The position numbers and the translations under genes were made by a program. The notes under the pieces are model-generated. The model searched no databases, had not been told where the DNA came from, and saw nothing but the letters and a program-made list of their open reading frames with translations. Below are positions 57,415-64,000 of a stretch of 64,000 nucleotides of DNA, piece by piece. Within the stretch, counting starts at the first letter, position 1, and each line of letters starts with the position of its first letter. Origin of the DNA: Thermoplasmata archaeon (lineage in GTDB: Archaea; Thermoplasmatota; Thermoplasmata; RBG-16-68-12; JAJISG01); the NCBI GenBank assembly GCA_046759185.1, contig JBHIBO010000003.1:18865-82864 (forward strand). The letters run 5' to 3'.

Positions 57415-57810
57415 TTAGACCGTGATCAGGAGGGGGTCAATCCGTACGACCACCCGCGTCTGGTCCGGCGGCAAGGGAAAGTCCCTTCCCAGGTACTTGC
57501 GGGCGAGCTTGTGGATGTGGGGGACGGCGCCTTCCTCGGTCACCTCGAGGACGCGTCCTCGGACAATGACCTTCGCGTAGGGGTCCGCCTGGTCGTGCAT
57601 GGAGAGGGCCACGCGCGGGTCTCGGCGGAGGTTGTAGTACTTGACCCGGCCGACCGCCGTGTTCATCAATAGGAGGTCGTCTTCGGTGTCGATCCACATG
57701 GGCGTGACGTGGGGCGACCCATCGGGGAGGAGGGTTGCCAAGTGGGCGAAGTTGGGACGCTCGATGAGTTCTCGGGCCTTCCCTGTGATGCGCGTCATGG
57801 CCGTAGCCAT
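57415..57810 (-). CDS. PPOX-class / pyridoxamine 5'-phosphate oxidase-like split-barrel protein (FMN or F420 binding)
   Basis: 131 aa. NFAHLATLLPDGSPHVTPMWID...VALSMHD...YAKVIVRGRV matches the PNPOx-like fold pattern. Confidence 0.75.
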   Translation of the reverse strand: MATAMTRITGKARELIERPNFAHLATLLPDGSPHVTPMWIDTEDDLLLMNTAVGRVKYYNLRRDPRVALSMHDQADPYAKVIVRGRVLEVTEEGAVPHIHKLARKYLGRDFPLPPDQTRVVVRIDPLLITV

Positions 57811-57893
57811 TGGACCCCCCCTGGATAAGGCCTTGCGACCAACGGTCGCCCTCTCCCGGAAGGTAACGTCTTATACCCGGTCCTGAGTTTCAG

Positions 57894-58253
57894 GTGCGGG
57901 ACTGGAGGAGGAGAGGCAAGGTGTTCCAGAGACTGCGCTCATCTCATCGACCGATAGGATTGTTGACCATCGTTTCGTTGGGGGCCTTCACCCTCCTCCT
58001 CGCTCTCTCAGTCGGGACTTCAGTGGCCGATGACGTGAGTTCCGCGGAAGCCCGCGGGCAACTCGGCATGGATGCAGCCCAGCCCGAAACACCCGTCACG
58101 GCGGGACCGCGCCTTTCGGCCCAAGGAAGCCAAGACGCGCCTTGGTTGGAGACGACGGCCTACCTCGTCGTTGCGTCCTTGATCTTCGCCGGGTACGCCC
58201 TGGCCGCACGGAAGGTGCCCTGGTTGCGCCCTCGACGCCAACGGAAGCCTTAA
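57894..58253 (+). CDS. small membrane/secreted protein with a C-terminal TM anchor and basic tail (119 aa)
   Basis: N-terminal TM/signal segment LLTIVSLGAFTLLLALSVG. The C-terminus is TTAYLVVASLIFAGYALAARKVPWLRPRRQRKP. Confidence 0.45.
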   Translation: MRDWRRRGKVFQRLRSSHRPIGLLTIVSLGAFTLLLALSVGTSVADDVSSAEARGQLGMDAAQPETPVTAGPRLSAQGSQDAPWLETTAYLVVASLIFAGYALAARKVPWLRPRRQRKP

Positions 58254-58275
58254 CTCCGAAGTCCTCTCCCGCAAG

Positions 58276-58785
58276 GTGCCGTGGATCTTCGGCTACGGCT
58301 CCCTCATGTGGGATCCCTTCTTCCCCTATCTCCGACGTGAGCGCGCCGTGCTCTCTGGGTATCACCGCGCTTTCGTCATGGCCTTCGCCCGGGTATGGGG
58401 CCGCCCCGAGGCCCCGTGTGTGGTTCTAGGTCTTGAGCTCGGGGGGATGTGTGAGGGTGTGGCGTATGAGGTGGAGGCGGGCGAGCTTGAGAATATCGAA
58501 GAGCAGCTCCTCGCCTTCGAAGGGGACGCGTTCGAAGTGACCCGAAGGACGGTCTTCGTGGCGGACCGCGAGGTCGAAGCGACGGTGGCCCTAAGCAGGC
58601 CTTCCCATCAGGACTACCTCGGGCGAGTCCCCGAGGCAACACGGGTTGCGATGGTCATCCAAAGCCGCGGTCCCGATGGGTCGTGCCTGGAATATGTGGA
58701 GGACACGGCGAAGTCTCTCGAGCGGCTCGGGATCAAGGACCAAGGTGTCCTCCGCTTTCTCACGAAGGTGAAAGAGGCAGGCTGA
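58276..58785 (+). CDS. gamma-glutamylcyclotransferase / AIG2-ChaC-like family protein
   Basis: The GTG start gives M-PWIFGYGSLMWDP, the GGCT-fold opening motif (YGSL). Confidence 0.75.
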   Translation: MPWIFGYGSLMWDPFFPYLRRERAVLSGYHRAFVMAFARVWGRPEAPCVVLGLELGGMCEGVAYEVEAGELENIEEQLLAFEGDAFEVTRRTVFVADREVEATVALSRPSHQDYLGRVPEATRVAMVIQSRGPDGSCLEYVEDTAKSLERLGIKDQGVLRFLTKVKEAG

Positions 58786-58952
58786 GGCCCCTCGCGGCCA
58801 TCCGAGAGTCATGACCGGCACAGCGAGGCTCGTATGCGCCTGGAACGTTGCTTTGAGACGGGGCCTTAGAAACGTGTCCCGTGGGGTTGAGAACTTAGGG
58901 TCATCCCAAATACCCCGAATCCGTTCGGGAAGAAGAACGTGGAGGAGAGAAC

Positions 58953-59909
58953 GTGACTGCAGCCGTGGAAGACCCTAGCATCCTCGCCATCGAGGCCACG
59001 GGCCTCGTGAAGACGTACGGGGACCTCCGGGCCGTGGACGACGTCGATCTGCGGGTCCCGACGGGGATCGTCTTCGCCCTCCTTGGACCGAACGGCGCGG
59101 GCAAGACCACGACCGTCGAGATCCTCGAAGGCCTGCGTCGGAGCACCTCCGGCTCTGCAAAGGTCCTCGGCCAGGACATCACTCGATCCTATGAGCGACT
59201 TCGACAAGTCGTCGGGATTCTTCCCCAGGACTTCGAGCCCTTCGATCGGTTGACGCCGCGAGAACACATCCGATACTTCGCTGGCCTCTTCGGGAGGTCG
59301 CTGAGTAAGGAAGAGATGGCCGAGATCCTGGCCGAGGTCAGCCTTCGAGACCGCGCCGACGTTCAGGCCCGGAAACTGTCTGGCGGCGAAAAGCGCAAGC
59401 TGGGCATCGCCCTGGCCCTTGTCGGCAACCCTCGGCTTGTCTTCCTGGATGAGCCCACCACGGGCCTGGATCCCGCAGCACGACGCGACTTGTGGAGGGT
59501 CATCGAAGAGTTGCGCCAAGAAGCCCGGACGGTGGTGCTCACAACGCACTACATCGAGGAGGCTGAGGCCTTGGCCGATGATGTCGCCATCATGGTGCGG
59601 GGGAAGATCATCGCATCCGGTTCCCCCACGAGCCTCCTGGACCAGTACACCGACACCAAGGAGATTCGCCTTGTCGGTGTCGGGGCGGAGAGTCTGAGCA
59701 CCCTCACCGAGAGAGGCCTCACAGCGAGCTCCGACGGGGAGGACGTGATCGTTCAGACCGGCGCGAAGGACGATCTCAGCATGGTCTTCGGCCATATTAG
59801 CCAGGCGGGCCTGGCCTTTCGGGACGTGATCACGGAGCGACCCAGTCTGGAGGACGTGTTCCTGACCCTCGTAGGAGCGCGGATCGAGGAGGGGGAGCTG
59901 AAACCATGA
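58953..59909 (+). CDS. ABC transporter ATP-binding protein (ABC-2 exporter type)
   Basis: Walker A GPNGAGKTT, signature LSGGEKRKL, Walker B LVFLDEPTTGLD. GGAGGAGAGAAC RBS lies before the GTG. Confidence 0.9.
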   Translation: MTAAVEDPSILAIEATGLVKTYGDLRAVDDVDLRVPTGIVFALLGPNGAGKTTTVEILEGLRRSTSGSAKVLGQDITRSYERLRQVVGILPQDFEPFDRLTPREHIRYFAGLFGRSLSKEEMAEILAEVSLRDRADVQARKLSGGEKRKLGIALALVGNPRLVFLDEPTTGLDPAARRDLWRVIEELRQEARTVVLTTHYIEEAEALADDVAIMVRGKIIASGSPTSLLDQYTDTKEIRLVGVGAESLSTLTERGLTASSDGEDVIVQTGAKDDLSMVFGHISQAGLAFRDVITERPSLEDVFLTLVGARIEEGELKP

Positions 59910-61021
59910 GTCGGATCCTTGCAGATATGGTGGCGTGGGGGAAACAGTACCTCCGCTCTCCCATCGCCAGCTTCTTCACCCTGGCGTTCCCGGTCGTCCT
60001 TCTTCTCATCTTCGGAGCCGTCTTTGGCAATCCTGCGCAGATCACCCTTCAGGTTCACGCGCAGAACCTTGACAATGACTCCGGCCATAGCATGGCCTTG
60101 ATTGACGCCATAAGCGCGACGGGAGTCGACCTCGTTATCGTCTCTCCCAGCGAGGACCTCACCACATTCATCCGTGAACAGTCCATCCCAGTGGCCCTCG
60201 AGATTCCGGAGGGATTCCACGCAGAGGTGGAGATCGCCAAGGCGGCGGGGAACCCCCTCGTCCATGCAGTGATCACCCTCCATGGCGACATGTCCAGTTC
60301 GGCTTTTCAGGCGGTTGAGGGAACCGTATCGGGAGCGGTGACTAGGCTCAACTTCGAACTCTCCAATGCGACGGCTGCTGTCGTTGTCGAGACTCAGGGC
60401 CTCGGAGACGGGTCCGCCCAGACGTCGGACTCCGCCCTTGGATTCTTCCTCCCGGGCATCATCGGGATAATGGTTCTCACGCCCATTTTCATGGTCTCGG
60501 CCATTGGCGCCGAGTACCGCACGAGACACTACTTCAAGCTCCTGGCGACGACACCTCTTCGGAAGGGTGAGTATCTTCTGTCTCGGACCGCCTTCATTAT
60601 CGGCCTGACTTTCATCTCCGCCTTCCTCATCATCCTCGTGGCCTGGCTCGTCTTCGGCGAACTGTTCGTCCTGACGCCCATCGCCATCGGTCTGATTGCC
60701 TCGGGAGCGGTTCTCTTCGTCGCCATCGGCATGGCCGTGGGCAGCCTGGCCAAGGATCCGGAAGCGGCCAGCGCCGTGGCCAACATCGTCTACTTCCCGA
60801 TGATGTTCCTCACGGGGACCTTCTTCCCGCTGGAGGTCATGCCGGGATTCATCCAAACGGCCGCCCTGTTCCTGCCGTTGACCTACTTCAACAACGGGCT
60901 GCGGGACACCCTCGTCTTCGAGAACGTCGGCGGCGCGTTGGGGAACCTGGCGGTGGTTGCGGTCATCGCGGTGATCATCTTCGTGCTCGCCGCATGGTCG
61001 CTGAAGTGGCGGGCTGAGTAG
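59906..61021 (+). CDS. ABC-2 family transporter permease
   Basis: 6-TM permease whose ATG overlaps the ATPase stop as ATGA. The ABC-2 type pattern is an N-terminal TM helix, a large extracytoplasmic loop and a C-terminal 5-TM bundle. Confidence 0.85.
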   Translation: MSRILADMVAWGKQYLRSPIASFFTLAFPVVLLLIFGAVFGNPAQITLQVHAQNLDNDSGHSMALIDAISATGVDLVIVSPSEDLTTFIREQSIPVALEIPEGFHAEVEIAKAAGNPLVHAVITLHGDMSSSAFQAVEGTVSGAVTRLNFELSNATAAVVVETQGLGDGSAQTSDSALGFFLPGIIGIMVLTPIFMVSAIGAEYRTRHYFKLLATTPLRKGEYLLSRTAFIIGLTFISAFLIILVAWLVFGELFVLTPIAIGLIASGAVLFVAIGMAVGSLAKDPEAASAVANIVYFPMMFLTGTFFPLEVMPGFIQTAALFLPLTYFNNGLRDTLVFENVGGALGNLAVVAVIAVIIFVLAAWSLKWRAE

Positions 61022-61089
61022 GACTCGAGGCCGGCAGGCAGCTACCCTTTGGGGGATGTGGAGGGTCCTTCGCGGGGCCAGCGTGGCGT

Positions 61090-61665
61090 ATGGTGACAAG
61101 AATTAATAGCCAGGTCTCCAGTCCTCCGCCCATGGCAACTGAGACAGCCGACGCTCTGACGGCTTACCAGCAGTCCGAAGCCCAGTCCGCACGTACCTTC
61201 GCTCTGGTGGGGGTGGTCTTCTATATCCTCGGGGCGGCCATCTGGGGGATCGCCATCCTCTCGTCTCTCTTCGCACTCGGCTTCACGGGGATGCCCATGG
61301 GGTTCTTCTTCTTCCCTATCATTTTCCCGGGCGTCTTCGCTGCGGTCTCCATTGGTCTGGCCGTGTGGTCATGGATGACGCTTCAGAACATCGAGACCGG
61401 ACGTTACACGGAGGCCCAGGCCCCCTCGTTGGTACTGGGGATTCTTGGAATCTTCTTCGCGTTGCTCATCGGGGGCGTCTTCCTTATCTTGGCGTACACG
61501 AAACTGGCCAACATCACCTCGGGGCGAGCGCCGCCCATCGTGATGGCCGCGCCACCGCCGGCCGCCATGCCCCAACCCGCCGGACGGGTCTGCCCCAACT
61601 GCGGACGACCCATCCCCATGGATGCCAAGTTCTGCAACCATTGTGGCCACGAGCTGCCGGGCTAG
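61090..61665 (+). CDS. membrane protein with a C-terminal zinc-ribbon (CPNCG...CNHCG)
   Basis: 4 TM helices, a Pro/Ala linker, then CPNCGRPIPMDAKFCNHCGHEL. Confidence 0.6.
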   Translation: MVTRINSQVSSPPPMATETADALTAYQQSEAQSARTFALVGVVFYILGAAIWGIAILSSLFALGFTGMPMGFFFFPIIFPGVFAAVSIGLAVWSWMTLQNIETGRYTEAQAPSLVLGILGIFFALLIGGVFLILAYTKLANITSGRAPPIVMAAPPPAAMPQPAGRVCPNCGRPIPMDAKFCNHCGHELPG

Positions 61666-61674
61666 CTGCAGGAC

Positions 61675-64000
61675 CTATTCCTGGGATTCGCGGAGGAGAT
61701 TCCGCAAGACGGTCGGCAGGATTCCCCCGTTTCGGTAGTAGTCCGCCTCGACGGGCGAGTCGACTCGGGCGTGGACGGTGAAGGAGGTCGTCTGGTCCTC
61801 CCCCTCGGCCCGGACCGTGAGTTTCTGGCCGGGCCGGAGGTCGTCGTTCAGGCCCTCGATAGCGAACTCCTCATGCCCCGTCAACCCCAAGGCCTCGACT
61901 CCCTCCCCCTCCTTGAACTGGAGGGGCAGCACACCCATGCCGATCAGGTTGCTCCGGTGGATGCGCTCGTAACCCTCCGCGATGACCGCCTTCACTCCCA
62001 GGAGGAGGCTCCCCTTCGCCGCCCAATCCCGGGAACTGCCGGAGCCGTATTCCTTCCCGGCGAGCACAAGGAGGGGGATGCCCTCCGCCCGGTACCGCTC
62101 CGCGGCCTCGAAGATGCTCATTTCCTCCCCTGACGGAAAGTGGAGCGTGACCCCTCCCTCGGTCCCGGGGAGAAGCAGGTTTCTCAACCGCAGGTTGGCG
62201 AAAGTCCCTCGGGTCATCACCCGGTCGTTCCCCCGCCGGGATCCGTAGGAGTTGAAGTCAGACGGATGGACCCCTCTCTCGACGAGGTACTGCCCCGCGG
62301 GGCTCTCCGCCGGGAAGGCACCTGCGGGGGAGATGTGGTCCGTGGTCACCGAGTCCCCAAGGAGGGCGATGACGCGGGCGCCTCGAATCGGCTGGACGGG
62401 CCCGGGTTCCGGGGCCAGGTCCTGGAAGAAGGGCGGCTCCCGGATGTAGGTGGATTCCGGATCCCAGGGGTAGACGGCCTCGTCGGTGCCCTCGATGGCG
62501 TTCCAGGTCTCGTTGCCGGTGAACACCGAGGCGTAGCGGTCCCGGAACTGCTCGGCCGTGATGGCTGCGTCCATGACCTCCTGGATCTCCGCCTGCGTCG
62601 GCCAGATGTCACGCAGATAGACCGGCCCTCCGTCCTTCCCCGTCCCCAAGGGTTCCCGGGTCAGGTCCACCGTCGTCGAACCGGCCAGGGCGTAGGCGAC
62701 CACCAGGGGCGGCGAGGCGAGGTAGCTCGCCTGGACTTGGTTGTGGATGCGCCCCTCGAAGTTTCGGTTGCCGCTGAGGACCGCCGCCGCCACGAGGTCT
62801 CCCTCCACGACGGCCTCGGACACCTCGGGGGGCAGGGGCCCGCTGTTGCCGATGCAGGTCGTGCATCCGTACCCCACGAGGTAGAAGCCGAGCTGCTCGA
62901 GGTCGTCGGTCAGGCCGGAGGCGTTCAGGTAGGCGGTGACCACGCCCGAGCCGGGTGCGAGGCTCGTCTTCACGTACGGGGGGACGCGAAGCCCCGCCTG
63001 CACTGCCTTCCGGGCTAGTAGTCCCGCGGCCAACATCACGGAGGGATTCGACGTGTTCGTGCAGCTCGTGATGGCCGCAATGGCCACGGCCCCGTGTCCC
63101 AGCGCGTAGCGTGCCCCGTTGTCCTTGACCTCGACCGTCCGGTCTAGGGCGCTGGCGTCGAGGGCAAAACCTCGCTCGGCGACGGGAGCCGTCAGCGAAC
63201 CCGCGAAGGCCTCCTTCATCCGCGAGAGGCTCACGCGGTCGTGGGGCCGTTTCGGGCCCGCCAGGCTCGGCTCCACCGAGCCGAGGTCCAGGGCGAGGGT
63301 CTCCGTGAACGCGGGGTCGGGGGTCTCCTCCGTGCGAAAGAGGCCTTGGGCCTTCGCGTACCGCTCGACCAGTCCCACCTGGCCCGGACTGCGTCCCGTG
63401 AAGCGCAGATACTCCAACGTGCGCTCGTCCATGGGGAAGTAGCTGATGGTCGTCCCTTGCTCTGGCGCCATGTTGCTGATGGTGGCGCGGTCGGGGACGC
63501 GCATGCTCGCGATGCCGTCCCCGTAGAACTCCACGAACTTCCCGACGACCCCCTTCTCCCGGAGCATCTCGGTGACCGTGAGGACGACGTCGGTGGCCGT
63601 GGCCCCTTCTGCCAGCTCTCCTCGCAGTTCGAAGCCCACGACCTCCGGGGTCAACAGGGAGACGGGCTCTCCGAGCATGGCGGCTTCGGCTTCGATGCCT
63701 CCGACGCCCCAGCCCACCACCCCCAGGCCGTTGATCATCGGGGTGTGGGAGTCCGTCCCCACGAGGCTGTCTGGATAGGCCACGAGGCCCGCTGCCTCCT
63801 CGCGAAGGGCCACCACGGAGGCCAGGTATTCCAGGTTTACCTGGTGCACGATGCCCGTGGCCGGGGGGACGACCCGAAGATCCGCGAAGGCGTTTTGGCC
63901 CCAGTGAAGGAACTCGTAGCGCTCCCGGTTGCGCCGGAACTCGTACTCGGAGTTGAGCTGGAGGGCCTCATGAACGCCGTAGCGATCGACCTGGACGGAG
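61675..64000 (-). CDS. acnA: aconitate hydratase A (N-terminus beyond the window end)
   Basis: It has the aconitase family swivel and [4Fe-4S] domains ([42 protein letters not shown]). The frame stays open to 64000. Confidence 0.9.
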   Translation of the reverse strand, partial: SVQVDRYGVHEALQLNSEYEFRRNRERYEFLHWGQNAFADLRVVPPATGIVHQVNLEYLASVVALREEAAGLVAYPDSLVGTDSHTPMINGLGVVGWGVGGIEAEAAMLGEPVSLLTPEVVGFELRGELAEGATATDVVLTVTEMLREKGVVGKFVEFYGDGIASMRVPDRATISNMAPEQGTTISYFPMDERTLEYLRFTGRSPGQVGLVERYAKAQGLFRTEETPDPAFTETLALDLGSVEPSLAGPKRPHDRVSLSRMKEAFAGSLTAPVAERGFALDASALDRTVEVKDNGARYALGHGAVAIAAITSCTNTSNPSVMLAAGLLARKAVQAGLRVPPYVKTSLAPGSGVVTAYLNASGLTDDLEQLGFYLVGYGCTTCIGNSGPLPPEVSEAVVEGDLVAAAVLSGNRNFEGRIHNQVQASYLASPPLVVAYALAGSTTVDLTREPLGTGKDGGPVYLRDIWPTQAEIQEVMDAAITAEQFRDRYASVFTGNETWNAIEGTDEAVYPWDPESTYIREPPFFQDLAPEPGPVQPIRGARVIALLGDSVTTDHISPAGAFPAESPAGQYLVERGVHPSDFNSYGSRRGNDRVMTRGTFANLRLRNLLLPGTEGGVTLHFPSGEEMSIFEAAERYRAEGIPLLVLAGKEYGSGSSRDWAAKGSLLLGVKAVIAEGYERIHRSNLIGMGVLPLQFKEGEGVEALGLTGHEEFAIEGLNDDLRPGQKLTVRAEGEDQTTSFTVHARVDSPVEADYYRNGGILPTVLRNLLRESQE

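Overview
This window is a gene-dense segment of a high-GC archaeal chromosome, with GC roughly in the mid-60s percent by eye. Archaeal hallmarks are aRF1, an archaeal-type UMP kinase, TATA-box promoters 40-48 nt upstream of start codons, and several likely leaderless genes. Protein composition is not halophile-like. There are no rRNA genes, tRNA genes, CRISPR arrays, transposases or integrases.

In coordinate order the window holds:
- thiD (edge-truncated), thpR, pyrH, aRF1 and argS.
- A roughly 990-aa S-layer-like surface glycoprotein with PKD domains.
- An orphan form-II CoxL-like molybdenum hydroxylase.
- A HAD dehalogenase, then two AMP-forming acetyl-CoA synthetases and a FadD-like ligase flanking a cluster of small membrane proteins, and a Zn-dependent alcohol dehydrogenase.
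- A roughly 17-kb molybdenum/CO-dehydrogenase island at 21072..37861. This has form-II coxMSL, then coxD, coxE and moaA on the minus strand, then a MOT1-type molybdate transporter, moaB, coxG, xdhC/coxF, a true form-I coxMSL (AYRCSFR active-site motif) with coxG, and a tri-domain MocA-XdhC-YHS maturation protein.
- Citrate synthase flanked by a conserved roughly 43-bp repeat.
- A family III CoA-transferase, an MFS permease and comDE-like ThDP decarboxylase subunits.
- A surface-anchored HEXXH metalloprotease and an MscS channel.
- An island of small redox and stress proteins: two SnoaL-like proteins, DM13, GYD, a membrane-anchored cupredoxin, RidA, DUF2461, a redoxin, a PPOX-class protein and GGCT.
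- An ABC-2 exporter and aconitase (edge-truncated).

At least three genes carry single-base frameshifts inside G/C homopolymer runs. This pattern suggests assembly error (possibly a MAG or long-read assembly) rather than true pseudogenes.

The most novel-looking items are the MocA-XdhC-YHS fusion next to the Mo-Cu CODH, the acs-linked small-membrane-protein module, and the repeat element flanking citZ.
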